From a virus (Duplodnaviria; Caudoviricetes): a DNA stretch of 64,000 nt. The stretch spans positions 1,540 to 65,539 of the IMG/VR virus record IMGVR_UViG_3300028844_003248; one strand, given 5' to 3'. Both the position numbers and the translations under genes were made by a program. The notes under the pieces were generated by a model. That model saw only the letters and a program-made list of their open reading frames with translations. It made no database searches and was not told the origin of the DNA. Shown piece by piece: positions 27,561-37,065 of the stretch. Position 1 is the first letter of the stretch, and every line of letters begins with the position of its first letter.

Positions 27561-29500
27561 TAAGAGTGCTATACTCTAATCCTGCCGCTGAAGAAAGGCA
27601 GATATGGTTGCCCTATGCGTGGGGTAGATTTAGAGAGTATTGCGACTACCAAAGTAAACACGATCTAACGCAAGTAAACTGGCTACCACCTCTCATCGAA
27701 GGTTGGTTTGATGTGGATCGACTTATAGAAGAGCACGACCTAAAAAATGTTGATGTACTACTATTATCTTTCTATGTCTGGAACGAAGAGCGACAACTGG
27801 AAATCGCCAAGAGAGCAAGAGCGGCAAACCCTAATGTCCTTATTCTTGCTGGTGGACCACAAGCCCAATACAGACCACACCAGAACACAAAAGCATACGA
27901 AGTCTGTGATTGGATCACTCCTTGGGAAGGTGAAGATGTTCTTGCAGAGGTTCTTTATCAAAAAGTAAATAGGCAGATAGTCAACCATAATCTACTTGTC
28001 GATCCTAAAAATCCTGTAGATCAAGTCAAAGCGAAACGGCTCTTTTTAAAAGAGTTTCGATCTCCATATAAGCTGTACTGGAATGAATATGTCCAGATAG
28101 GTAAAACTATTAAAGAGAGACATGGTAAGATTTTTACGATGTGGGAAACAAATAGAGGTTGCCCATATAAATGTGCATTCTGTGATTGGGGTTCTGCTAC
28201 GTCAGATAAGATTCGTAGACTGACTGAAGATACCGTCATGGAAGACCTTGAGGCATTCTCAAAACTAGGTGTCACCTATGTGTTCAATGCCGATGCTAAC
28301 TTTGGTATATTCAAGGATGATATCAAGTACATTGAGAGAGCGGTAGAACTGAAGAAGACTACAGGCTATCCACAAGAGATTCAATTTTCGGCAGCGAAGA
28401 ACAAGAAAGAGGTAAGCAACCAAGCACACAAGATTCTGTATGAAGCCAACATGTGTAATGGTGCTCAGATATCCTATCAACATACAGACGATGCTGTACT
28501 TGATGCTATTGACCGTTCTAATATCAAGCAAGACAAGCTGCAAGAAGAACTGAACGAAGCTTTCAAGAACAATATCCCTCTTGTTGGCGTATCCATCTTA
28601 GGGAATCCAGGTGACACAGTAGAGAAGTGGAAACACAATCTTGGCTATATGCTGGAGATTGGGTTTCATCATGATCTACGTGTCCATGATTTTATGTTAT
28701 TACCGAATGCTCCAGCAGCAGATCCAGAATATATTGACAAGTATGGTATCAAGACCACTCGCTTGAGAAATGAGAACTCTACATTCAGAACTCTATATCA
28801 CTCTGAGTTCGTCACAGAAACCAATACGTATTCTAAGGATGACTATGCTGATATGCAAGCATTCACACAGTTCTTGATTGGATTTCACATACTCAATGTG
28901 AGTAAGTTTGTGGCACACTTTGCTCGACATTATTACACTATTGATTATGCAACTTTTTATAGTAAGCTATCTCAGATGCCTACATGCCAGAGGATATATA
29001 ATGAGGTAAAGGATCATATGAAGAAGTACGTGGCACATGAGGTTGACTCGAAAGCCATGGTGTTTCGTGGAAGTAAAATACCAGCAGATGTGTATGTGAA
29101 ATATAGAGCGGTAGAGAACCTTGCTGACATTCTAAATGAGATTGTTGATCTGATGCTAGAACTGACTCCTCTGTCCGAAGATAAGATGAGAGATATGGTA
29201 AAGGCACAATACATGACAATCGTTTCATGGAGAAAGCCAAAACCTCTCACGATGAAATATAACTTCAGTGAGATCTTTAATATGCTCAACAACCTAATCC
29301 CAGGCGAACGGAGCAATCTGATGGACATCCAACCAAACGAACGAGAGGTTGAAATAAATACATTTAAAGTGAGCACTCAGTTCGAGGAGAACTTGCTAGA
29401 GTTCTTCGACTATGAAAGATTTAAAAACTTATTCGACCTCAAAAATCAACCGAATAAACGTGAGGGTATGTCTCACTATCCACAGTCACTGGAGTTATAA
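27557..29500 (+). CDS. cobalamin-binding radical SAM protein
   Basis: SFYVWN, AGGPQ, EGE; ETNRGCPYKCAFCDW; DANFG; LGNPGDT. Confidence 0.9.
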   Translation: MIRVLYSNPAAEERQIWLPYAWGRFREYCDYQSKHDLTQVNWLPPLIEGWFDVDRLIEEHDLKNVDVLLLSFYVWNEERQLEIAKRARAANPNVLILAGGPQAQYRPHQNTKAYEVCDWITPWEGEDVLAEVLYQKVNRQIVNHNLLVDPKNPVDQVKAKRLFLKEFRSPYKLYWNEYVQIGKTIKERHGKIFTMWETNRGCPYKCAFCDWGSATSDKIRRLTEDTVMEDLEAFSKLGVTYVFNADANFGIFKDDIKYIERAVELKKTTGYPQEIQFSAAKNKKEVSNQAHKILYEANMCNGAQISYQHTDDAVLDAIDRSNIKQDKLQEELNEAFKNNIPLVGVSILGNPGDTVEKWKHNLGYMLEIGFHHDLRVHDFMLLPNAPAADPEYIDKYGIKTTRLRNENSTFRTLYHSEFVTETNTYSKDDYADMQAFTQFLIGFHILNVSKFVAHFARHYYTIDYATFYSKLSQMPTCQRIYNEVKDHMKKYVAHEVDSKAMVFRGSKIPADVYVKYRAVENLADILNEIVDLMLELTPLSEDKMRDMVKAQYMTIVSWRKPKPLTMKYNFSEIFNMLNNLIPGERSNLMDIQPNEREVEINTFKVSTQFEENLLEFFDYERFKNLFDLKNQPNKREGMSHYPQSLEL

Positions 29501-30675
29501 TGAAAAAAGAGATGACATTCTGGAGAGACTCCATTGAGAAACAGAATGACCACACTCATATAAAGCACATGCACAAGTGGACCTTCACCACTGAGGGGGG
29601 TAAAGAATACCTCGATCTGGCATGGGGAAATACTGCACCTTTGGGATCACAGAATAGTAGAATGGCACAAGCCGTTCATGAAGCTGTTTATCACTATACA
29701 AGACTTCCATCTACACGTGGTCTCACGAACCACATGCAAGAAGAGTTGAGTACATTCTTGTGCAAAGACGATTGGGCAGGCTATACTTGGGCTTTGTCTG
29801 GATCTGATGCTGTAGATCAAGCAATCATTATTGCCGATGAGTATTGGAAGACATTGAATAAAGTAAAGCCAAGCATCGTGTCTATGAGTCCTAGCTACCA
29901 TGGAAACACATATCTTTCTAGATCCATGGGTGATATGAATGTTCCTTTGGGAAGAATGTCTCGTACAAGATTACTCAAACCTATCGAAGGTATGGGAGTA
30001 GAAGAAGAGAAGAAAATGTTGTTCAGATTGGAACGAGAGTTCAAGTCTGGCGATGTTGGTTCCTTCATTATCGAACCAGTAATGGTGCATGCTGGGGTTC
30101 TGTACCTATCAAACTTCGCTTGGATTAACATCCGCAGATTGTGCAACGAATACAAGGTTATTCTCATTACTGACGATATATCTTCTGGCTGTGGAAAACT
30201 TGGATCTTGGCATTCTACACACACCGCACAGCATGGAGTGCAGAGTGACATAAACATCTTAGGCAAAGCTTTGACAGGGGGATACGCTCCACTTGCCATG
30301 ACCTTCTCAAGAGACTTCATTTGGGAGAGGGTTGGAACGAGGTGCATGTTTGGAAACAGCCACTATCCGTTTATGGGTGGAGTAGCTGCTGCCCTAGAGT
30401 ACATAAAGATCGTCGAAGAGCAGTTTTTGTTCTACAAGGTAGTGAAGGATAAGAAGCGTATGGTAACACATATGTTACCAAGTAACACCAACTCCATAGG
30501 ACTACTCAATCATATATATTTTGATGAGCCGAAACACTACAAAGAAATACTGGAAGCTGGTATATTCACACCAGTAAGAGAAGACAAAGTAAGTGGTCTG
30601 AGATTTGTAATACCTATCGGTGCTGACGAAGAATACTGGAATAAACTACTTCCTAGATTAGAAAGATTGCTATGA
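29500..30675 (+). CDS. class III PLP-dependent aminotransferase
   Basis: SGSDAVD, SYHGNT, IIEPV, TDDISSGCGKLG, LGKALTGGY. Confidence 0.9.
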   Translation: MKKEMTFWRDSIEKQNDHTHIKHMHKWTFTTEGGKEYLDLAWGNTAPLGSQNSRMAQAVHEAVYHYTRLPSTRGLTNHMQEELSTFLCKDDWAGYTWALSGSDAVDQAIIIADEYWKTLNKVKPSIVSMSPSYHGNTYLSRSMGDMNVPLGRMSRTRLLKPIEGMGVEEEKKMLFRLEREFKSGDVGSFIIEPVMVHAGVLYLSNFAWINIRRLCNEYKVILITDDISSGCGKLGSWHSTHTAQHGVQSDINILGKALTGGYAPLAMTFSRDFIWERVGTRCMFGNSHYPFMGGVAAALEYIKIVEEQFLFYKVVKDKKRMVTHMLPSNTNSIGLLNHIYFDEPKHYKEILEAGIFTPVREDKVSGLRFVIPIGADEEYWNKLLPRLERLL

Positions 30676-32183
30676 GATACTGTGGATATTCGGAACTCTT
30701 TCATGACGCTGGACTTGCGTTCGTAGAAGATGGTGAGATAGAACTGGCTGTTCATGCAGAAAGGTTTTCTGGCATGAAATTTGATCACAGTCTGACACAA
30801 GAGATGTTTGACATGATTCGTTGGATGGATCATGTTACGTTCTATGAAGATCATGATCTAAGAAACAAGTCAATATATCATAAAGGTGCCATATCAAGCT
30901 TTAGTCATGATGTTTGGATTGATGCTATGTTCCGACCTGTAAGCAATGGTAATCTACAAAATCAAAACAACATATCGAGTAGTCTTGTCTATGATGATTG
31001 TATTACCCACCACCAAAGTCATGCAGCAATGGCATACTATACCAGACCTTGGGAATCATCTGAGGACACCGTAATACTTACCATTGATGGTATGGGAGAA
31101 GCACAATCAGTTTGCATTTATGACCATAACTTGAAACTACTGGACCACTGGAACAACCCAAAAAGTATTGGAGTTTACTATACACAAACAGTCAAATCTA
31201 CTGGCTATAGAACGATGGAAGATGAGTATGTGATTATGGGACTTTCTGCTTACGGCAACAATGAGTGGGGAGATGAGTTCATAAAGAAGTTTGATGCGCT
31301 ACCACCGTATGACCCAGATGAGCCTGATATTACTACACGGATGATGTACGAGTCCATGCGTCAACATTGTAGGTGGATTCATAACCGAATCAAAAAATCC
31401 AGCCACGAAAATTCTGCTGCATCAATACAGAAGTTTGCCGAACACTTTATCATTGATCGAGTGATCGAGGCACGAAAATATGGTAAGAAGTTATGCTATG
31501 GGGGCGGCGTTGCTCAAAACGTTATTGCCAACTCTATGATAAAAGAACTGGGTATTTTTGACGATATCTGGATTGCGCCTTCTCCTACTGATGCTGGATC
31601 TGCACTTGGTGCAGCAGCACACTCATACTGCACTGCAACAGGGAATACTAGGATCAACTGGAAAAACTCCTTCCTTGGCACAGAGATAGAGGGAGATCCG
31701 AATCCCAAAGCCATAGTCGAATACATACTCGAACACAAGGTATGTGGACTTGCTACAGGTAAGGCAGAGTATGGTCCAAGAGCACTTGGTAACAGAAGCT
31801 TGATTGCAGATGTGAGGTATGACGTCAAGGATACGGTCAATGAAATCAAACGCAGACAGAAGTTCAGACCGTTTGCCCCTGCAATCATGGAAGAGTTTGT
31901 TGATGACTATTTTGATGGTCCAACGAATGAATACATGCAGTACCAAGCAAAGGCTTTACACGACTATAAGTCAGTGACACACGTTGATGGCACAGCAAGA
32001 GTTCAAGTCGTCAAGAAGGATTGCGGCACAGTTCTCAGATCCGTTCTAGAAGAGTACTACGAAAAGACAGGAGTACCAATGCTGTTGAATACCTCATTGA
32101 ATATTAGAGGGAAGCCTATGGTCAACACAATGAAGGATGCTCGACGTTGGCAAGCCAAGTATGGCGTCAAAGTCTTCTCTTGA
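30672..32183 (+). CDS. carbamoyltransferase (NodU/CmcH/TobZ family)
   Basis: HDAGLA, ERFS, HHQSHA, DGMGE, GGVAQN, EYGPRALGNRS, FRPFAP, LLNTSLN. Confidence 0.92.
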   Translation: MRYCGYSELFHDAGLAFVEDGEIELAVHAERFSGMKFDHSLTQEMFDMIRWMDHVTFYEDHDLRNKSIYHKGAISSFSHDVWIDAMFRPVSNGNLQNQNNISSSLVYDDCITHHQSHAAMAYYTRPWESSEDTVILTIDGMGEAQSVCIYDHNLKLLDHWNNPKSIGVYYTQTVKSTGYRTMEDEYVIMGLSAYGNNEWGDEFIKKFDALPPYDPDEPDITTRMMYESMRQHCRWIHNRIKKSSHENSAASIQKFAEHFIIDRVIEARKYGKKLCYGGGVAQNVIANSMIKELGIFDDIWIAPSPTDAGSALGAAAHSYCTATGNTRINWKNSFLGTEIEGDPNPKAIVEYILEHKVCGLATGKAEYGPRALGNRSLIADVRYDVKDTVNEIKRRQKFRPFAPAIMEEFVDDYFDGPTNEYMQYQAKALHDYKSVTHVDGTARVQVVKKDCGTVLRSVLEEYYEKTGVPMLLNTSLNIRGKPMVNTMKDARRWQAKYGVKVFS

Positions 32184-32208
32184 CAGTAAGTAGAATTTAC
32201 GCTATACT
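32180..32208 (+). promoter_or_regulatory. sigma70-like promoter
   Basis: TTGACA-17 bp-TATACT. Confidence 0.75.
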
Positions 32209-32241
32209 GTAAAAACTAGAAAATTACTATGGAGCGTAAAA

Positions 32242-32394
32242 ATGACTGAACCATTTAGTATAGATAAGCTTATGAATGATGTAGCAGAATGGCACGGCAT
32301 CACATATAAGGAACTACGACGTCGGATGACTGAAGACTGTGAGCCATTGGTACATCAATACTATATCGGAAAGTATGGACCCGATCCCTTCTAA
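32242..32394 (+). CDS. small hypothetical protein
   Basis: GGAG RBS; MTEPFSIDKLMNDVAEWHG... (50 aa). Confidence 0.55.
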   Translation: MTEPFSIDKLMNDVAEWHGITYKELRRRMTEDCEPLVHQYYIGKYGPDPF

Positions 32395-32408
32395 TGATTG
32401 GACAATAG

Positions 32409-32645
32409 ATGATCACTAACGAGATGGAGTATGACGAAACCATTATTACTGTTATGGATGATGATGGCTTGTATGAAGATGTACAAGTCTTCTTAGATGA
32501 CAATGAGGTTTATATCAGGCAATATAATGAGGTTGACGATAAACATGATCTAGTGGTCATGAGTTGTGAAATGTACTTGCAGATGTTGAGTGCAATGAAG
32601 CTACCAGAGGGTATGTTTAAGTTTGAGTTTAAAGATAAACCTTGA
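32409..32645 (+). CDS. acidic hypothetical protein
   Basis: 78 aa ORF in the operon. Confidence 0.65.
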   Translation: MITNEMEYDETIITVMDDDGLYEDVQVFLDDNEVYIRQYNEVDDKHDLVVMSCEMYLQMLSAMKLPEGMFKFEFKDKP

Positions 32646-32670
32646 CAAGCAGCGAATCGTTTGCTATAAT
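32642..32670 (+). promoter_or_regulatory. early promoter with CGAATCG in the spacer
   Basis: TTGACA-AGCAGCGAATCGTTTGC-TATAAT. Confidence 0.85.
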
Positions 32671-32695
32671 GGTATTATAGCAAAGGAGTTTTATA

Positions 32696-32896
32696 ATGCT
32701 TACACTGAAACTGTTCAACAAGAACATCACTAACATTGAGGTTGATGGTATCGATATGAGTGACTATCCTAAATTTTGTGATGCCTATATCGAGTCTGCT
32801 TTGGTCGATGGTGTAGAAGCCACTGAAGCAGAACTTGAGGATATGAATGAATGTGGTGAGTTCCTATACGAAGCAATCCATCACGCAATCCATTAA
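32696..32896 (+). CDS. acidic hypothetical protein
   Basis: AAGGAG RBS; VDGIDMSDYPKFCDAYI. Confidence 0.7.
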   Translation: MLTLKLFNKNITNIEVDGIDMSDYPKFCDAYIESALVDGVEATEAELEDMNECGEFLYEAIHHAIH

Positions 32897-32905
32897 AGGT
32901 GAACC

Positions 32906-33844
32906 GTGAAGAAATCACTCACCTTATTCAAGTCTCAGTTTGACAACAAGACACACAAACGTATCGACTTCGCATCTTTTGATGAGTTGGAGATGCTTTT
33001 GCGTAACCTAAGTAAACAGACTAAGAAGGGTAAAAAAGATGCTGAACTTATTTCGCCAGCTATATACAAGGCTGACTCTACTAGAGCCAATGCAAATGTT
33101 CTTGCTTGGGCAGGCTGGTGTGCTCTTGATGTTGATGATTTTACTTTTGACGGGGAGTTAGAGGATGTCCTCCGCAATAAGTTTGGTCAGTATCGGTATG
33201 TATGTTATAGCACTGCCAGCAGTACTGATGATCATCCGAAGTTTCGCCTTGTCTTCGACATTGAGAGCGAGGTTAGCGCAGATGTCATTAGGCATTTCTG
33301 GTTCGCACTCAATAAAGAGTTTGGAGACCTTGGAGATGCGCAGACTAAAGACCTATCTCGCATGTATTACATCCCTGCAGATTATGCTAACGCTAGTAAC
33401 TTTTTCTTTACTAATAGCGGCGATAGTCTTGACGCTCACTCCATTATGGCTCGACATCCCTACAGTGACAGAAGTACTGCTAGAACCTTCTTAGAAAGAA
33501 TTCCAGAAGAGTTAGCCAAACAAGTAATAGAGTATCGAAAATCTCAGTTACAGAATACACACTTCTCTTGGTCATCCTATCTAAACTGCCCATTTGTGAA
33601 TAAGAGTTTGATATCTGAATATAGAAGTATTGCTCACATTGACAACTCTGGCAGATATGCCATGATATATAAGATCATGTGTTCGATAGCATCCAACGCT
33701 GTCAAGAGGGGATATCCAATACAGACATCAGAGATTGTTGATCTGATTAAACAACTTGATGGTGATACATCACGCAGATATGAAAAGAGACCACTGGATA
33801 TCGAAGCAGATAGAGCAGTGGAATATGCATATAGGAATCTATAA
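32906..33844 (+). CDS. AEP-superfamily primase/prim-pol-like protein
   Basis: LISPA..R..ALDVD (DxD), YSTAS, KFRLV, DAQTKDLSRMYYIP. Confidence 0.75.
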   Translation: MKKSLTLFKSQFDNKTHKRIDFASFDELEMLLRNLSKQTKKGKKDAELISPAIYKADSTRANANVLAWAGWCALDVDDFTFDGELEDVLRNKFGQYRYVCYSTASSTDDHPKFRLVFDIESEVSADVIRHFWFALNKEFGDLGDAQTKDLSRMYYIPADYANASNFFFTNSGDSLDAHSIMARHPYSDRSTARTFLERIPEELAKQVIEYRKSQLQNTHFSWSSYLNCPFVNKSLISEYRSIAHIDNSGRYAMIYKIMCSIASNAVKRGYPIQTSEIVDLIKQLDGDTSRRYEKRPLDIEADRAVEYAYRNL

Positions 33845-34620
33845 TGAGAATTATTGCTGGACCTTGCCAACACGAAACACTTGAAAAGTCAATGGAGATT
33901 GCAGAGCACTGTGATCTTGTGTGTAGCAAATATGAAATGGATTATTACTTCAAAGCGAGTTACGACAAAGCAAATCGGACACATGTAAAAGGGTACCGAG
34001 GTGTTGGTATCAATAAAACCATGCACGATTTTTTACAGATCAAGAAGAAAGGCATCAAAATTCTTACCGATGTACACAGTGTGCAAGATGCTTACATGGT
34101 CAAGTATTGGGGTGCGGTTGATGTAATACAGATCCCTGCATTCTTGTCTCGGCAAACAGATATTCTTCAAGCAGCACGTGATACTGGCTTGATCGTCAAT
34201 GTTAAAAAAGGTCAGTTTATGGCACCTTGGGATTTGGACGGTGTTTTATCTAAGCTTGATGGTGCAAGAGAAGTCTGGTTAACAGAGAGAGGAACGAGTT
34301 TTGGGTACAATAATCTTGTGGTTGATTTTAATGGGCTTCAGTATATGCTGGGTGCTTACGGTGATGATGCTGTTGTTTTTGATGGAACCCACTCCGTCCA
34401 ACAACCGTCTGCGAACGGCACTAGTAGTGGTGGCAATAGGGAGTACGTTCCTGGTCTTTTGCGTTCTGCCGCTGCTTTGGGTGTTCGTAACTTTTTCTTA
34501 GAGGTTCATGCGAATCCAGATGATGCACCAAGTGATGGACCAAACATGGTTCGACTAGATGATTTTGAGGAGATAATCAATGAGATCGACCGCTATTCTT
34601 ATTCCCGCACGGATTGGTAG
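33844..34620 (+). CDS. kdsA: KDO8P synthase
   Basis: IAGPC, KASYDKANRT, TDVH, QIPAFLSRQTD, KKGQF, ERGTSFGY, DGTHSVQQP, EVH, SDG. Confidence 0.95.
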   Translation: MRIIAGPCQHETLEKSMEIAEHCDLVCSKYEMDYYFKASYDKANRTHVKGYRGVGINKTMHDFLQIKKKGIKILTDVHSVQDAYMVKYWGAVDVIQIPAFLSRQTDILQAARDTGLIVNVKKGQFMAPWDLDGVLSKLDGAREVWLTERGTSFGYNNLVVDFNGLQYMLGAYGDDAVVFDGTHSVQQPSANGTSSGGNREYVPGLLRSAAALGVRNFFLEVHANPDDAPSDGPNMVRLDDFEEIINEIDRYSYSRTDW

Positions 34621-35272
34621 TACACGGTTTCCAGAGAAACCACTCTGTAATCTAGGTGGAATGCCTATGATTAAAAGAGTTTACAATGCTTGTAAAGAGT
34701 ATGGATTACCTACATATATACTTACTGACTCTCTCAAAGTAGCAAGCCTATTTCAAAACACCAGTGTCATTATTGATGATGAGGATTACAAGAATGGAAC
34801 AGAAAGGTGTTCAGGCGCAGTAGGTAAAACAGATTATCTGGATAAGTACAACTACTTTATTAATGTACAAGGCGATATGCCAGACATCACTCCAGATATC
34901 ATTAAAAAAGTACATGAAAAGGTGTATCAAGGATCAATTTCAACAGCATTCTGTGATATAGAAGAACCAGAAGTTATGAAGGATCTCAACTCAGTGAAGG
35001 CTGTTGTCACTGGAGATCCTGATTTCCACGGCAATATCAAATGGTTTGGTCGTGGATTTATGTACGGTTATCATCACCTAGGAATATATGGGTATGATAG
35101 GCGGTGCCTACTCAAATATAGAAACCTTGGTAGTAGGTATGAAGATCACGAAGGTCTAGAGCAACTGAGATGGATCGAAAATGATTACAAGATCATTGGC
35201 TCTAGAGTAAAATTTAACGGTATTGAAATCAATACTCCAGAAGATATGGAGAAATGGAATGCAAGCAGGTAA
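34580..35272 (+). CDS. kdsB: CMP-KDO synthetase
   Basis: IPARIGSTRFPEKPL, GTERC, NVQGD, HLGIYGY, LEQLR. Confidence 0.93.
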   Translation: MRSTAILIPARIGSTRFPEKPLCNLGGMPMIKRVYNACKEYGLPTYILTDSLKVASLFQNTSVIIDDEDYKNGTERCSGAVGKTDYLDKYNYFINVQGDMPDITPDIIKKVHEKVYQGSISTAFCDIEEPEVMKDLNSVKAVVTGDPDFHGNIKWFGRGFMYGYHHLGIYGYDRRCLLKYRNLGSRYEDHEGLEQLRWIENDYKIIGSRVKFNGIEINTPEDMEKWNASR

Positions 35273-35615
35273 AGTGTGGGGTACGACTGAATTGATTGAG
35301 GCAAATGGTGCCTTGGAGTTTCATCGTATCGAAATGGATCGTGGCGGCGTTTGCTCAAAGCATCTCCACGAGTTCAAGTGGAATGGATTCTATGTCGAGT
35401 CTGGTACTATGCTTGTTCGTGTATGGCAGAAAGACTATGACCTAGTGGATGAGACTATCCTCCATGCTGGCGATTACACTAAAGTAAAACCTGGCGTATA
35501 TCATCAGTTTGAATGCATAGCCGATGGGGTAGCGTATGAACTGTATTGGGCAGAGTTTAATCACAATGACATTAAAAGAGAATCAGTTGGTGAACTGAAA
35601 GATGTGGAAATCTAA
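35259..35615 (+). CDS. cupin (sugar isomerase-like)
   Basis: KVWG, CSKHLH, PGVYHQF. Confidence 0.75.
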   Translation: MQAGKVWGTTELIEANGALEFHRIEMDRGGVCSKHLHEFKWNGFYVESGTMLVRVWQKDYDLVDETILHAGDYTKVKPGVYHQFECIADGVAYELYWAEFNHNDIKRESVGELKDVEI

Positions 35616-35978
35616 ATGAAGAACAACTTGAGAGTTAACATCAACGATGTTGGTGGTGAGATTGCAAAAGAAGATGAGCGATATATCGTTAAAGATAATA
35701 CACGACTCAAAGACGTTGTACTTTCATCTACTCGACTTAACCCTAACTGTGCCACAAATGGGCATAAACACGAGGGTCAAGAAGAGGTTTATATCTTCCA
35801 AAGCGGAAGCGGTATCATGGAACTTGACGGTGTAGAACATACGTTTGCGGATGGTGATATTTTTCTCATCGAAGATAATGTGTTTCATAAGGTGACCGCT
35901 GGACCAGACGGTGCTTATTTCATCTGCGTATTTAATGGAGCACGGTACGATCATGTGGCAGTGTTAGGCTACAACTAA
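35616..35978 (+). CDS. cupin domain protein
   Basis: GHKHEGQEEVY..GSG..FHKV. Confidence 0.8.
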   Translation: MKNNLRVNINDVGGEIAKEDERYIVKDNTRLKDVVLSSTRLNPNCATNGHKHEGQEEVYIFQSGSGIMELDGVEHTFADGDIFLIEDNVFHKVTAGPDGAYFICVFNGARYDHVAVLGYN

Positions 35979-36670
35979 TGCACTATATTTTTGATGTCGA
36001 TGGAACGCTCACACCTAGCCGTGGTAAAATGGATCAGAAGTTTTCTAACTGGTTTGAGCATTTCCAGACACATCACGCTACGTATATGGTAACTGGATCT
36101 GATAAAGAAAAGACCATCGAACAAGTGGGGTGGAATCACTATAAGTCTTGCATTCGAGTCTACAACTGTAGTGGTAATGATGTATGGGAATCTGGTAGTC
36201 ATGTCAGAACTAACAAGATGACGATGCCTGATAAATGGGAAAGCATTTTAGGTAGAATTCTAGAGAATAGTAAATCGCCAGTTAAGAAAGGCAATCATTT
36301 TGACTTGAGGCCAGGGTTGTTTAACTTCAGCACTTTGGGTAGAAACGCTACACTTGAAGATAGAGCAATCTACAAAAAGTTTGATAAGGTATACGATGAG
36401 AGACTAGTATTGACAGAACAACTGCAGAACATTTGGCCTGATTATGAAATCACTATTGCTGGAGAAACTGGCATCGATATTGTACCAAAAGGATACGACA
36501 AAAGCCAGATCATACACGACTTTGGACCAAAGGATCAGATAATATTCTTTGGTGATAAGATGGAACCAACAGGCAATGACTATACGCTTGCTTTAGAAGT
36601 AGCGCATTCTGGTGGTACAGTCCATCAAGTTAAATCATGGAAAGATACATGGCGAATATTACAGGAATAA
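35978..36670 (+). CDS. HAD-IIB phosphomannomutase (eukaryotic PMM-like)
   Basis: FDVDGTLTPSR, VTGSD, FNFSTLGR, FFGDKMEPTGNDY. Confidence 0.85.
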   Translation: MHYIFDVDGTLTPSRGKMDQKFSNWFEHFQTHHATYMVTGSDKEKTIEQVGWNHYKSCIRVYNCSGNDVWESGSHVRTNKMTMPDKWESILGRILENSKSPVKKGNHFDLRPGLFNFSTLGRNATLEDRAIYKKFDKVYDERLVLTEQLQNIWPDYEITIAGETGIDIVPKGYDKSQIIHDFGPKDQIIFFGDKMEPTGNDYTLALEVAHSGGTVHQVKSWKDTWRILQE

Positions 36671-37065
36671 CATTTTCAACATTTGACCTACTACACGCTG
36701 GTCACGTGGCAATGTTACGAGAAGCAAAAACCCAATGCGATTATCTCATTTGTGGACTACAAGTAGATCCAAGCGTAGATAGACCAGAGAAAAATGCACC
36801 AGTACAGACATTGGTTGAACGATGGATGCAGCTACAAGGTGTATCGTATGTGGATGAGATCATCCCATACCAGACCGAGACTGATGTAGAAGACATTTTA
36901 AAACTTTTAAAACTAGATCTTAGGATTATTGGCGAAGAGTATAAAGACGGTAAATTTACTGGACGTGCCACTTGCGCTGCAAGAGGAATTGAGTTATACT
37001 ACAACAAACGAGATCACCGATTTAGCACCACTGATTTGAGAAAGAGAGTTATAGAAAATGGCTAA
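36649..37065 (+). CDS. tagD: glycerol-3-phosphate cytidylyltransferase-like protein
   Basis: STFDLLHAGH, ER, YVDEII, FSTTDLR. Confidence 0.8.
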   Translation: MANITGITFSTFDLLHAGHVAMLREAKTQCDYLICGLQVDPSVDRPEKNAPVQTLVERWMQLQGVSYVDEIIPYQTETDVEDILKLLKLDLRIIGEEYKDGKFTGRATCAARGIELYYNKRDHRFSTTDLRKRVIENG

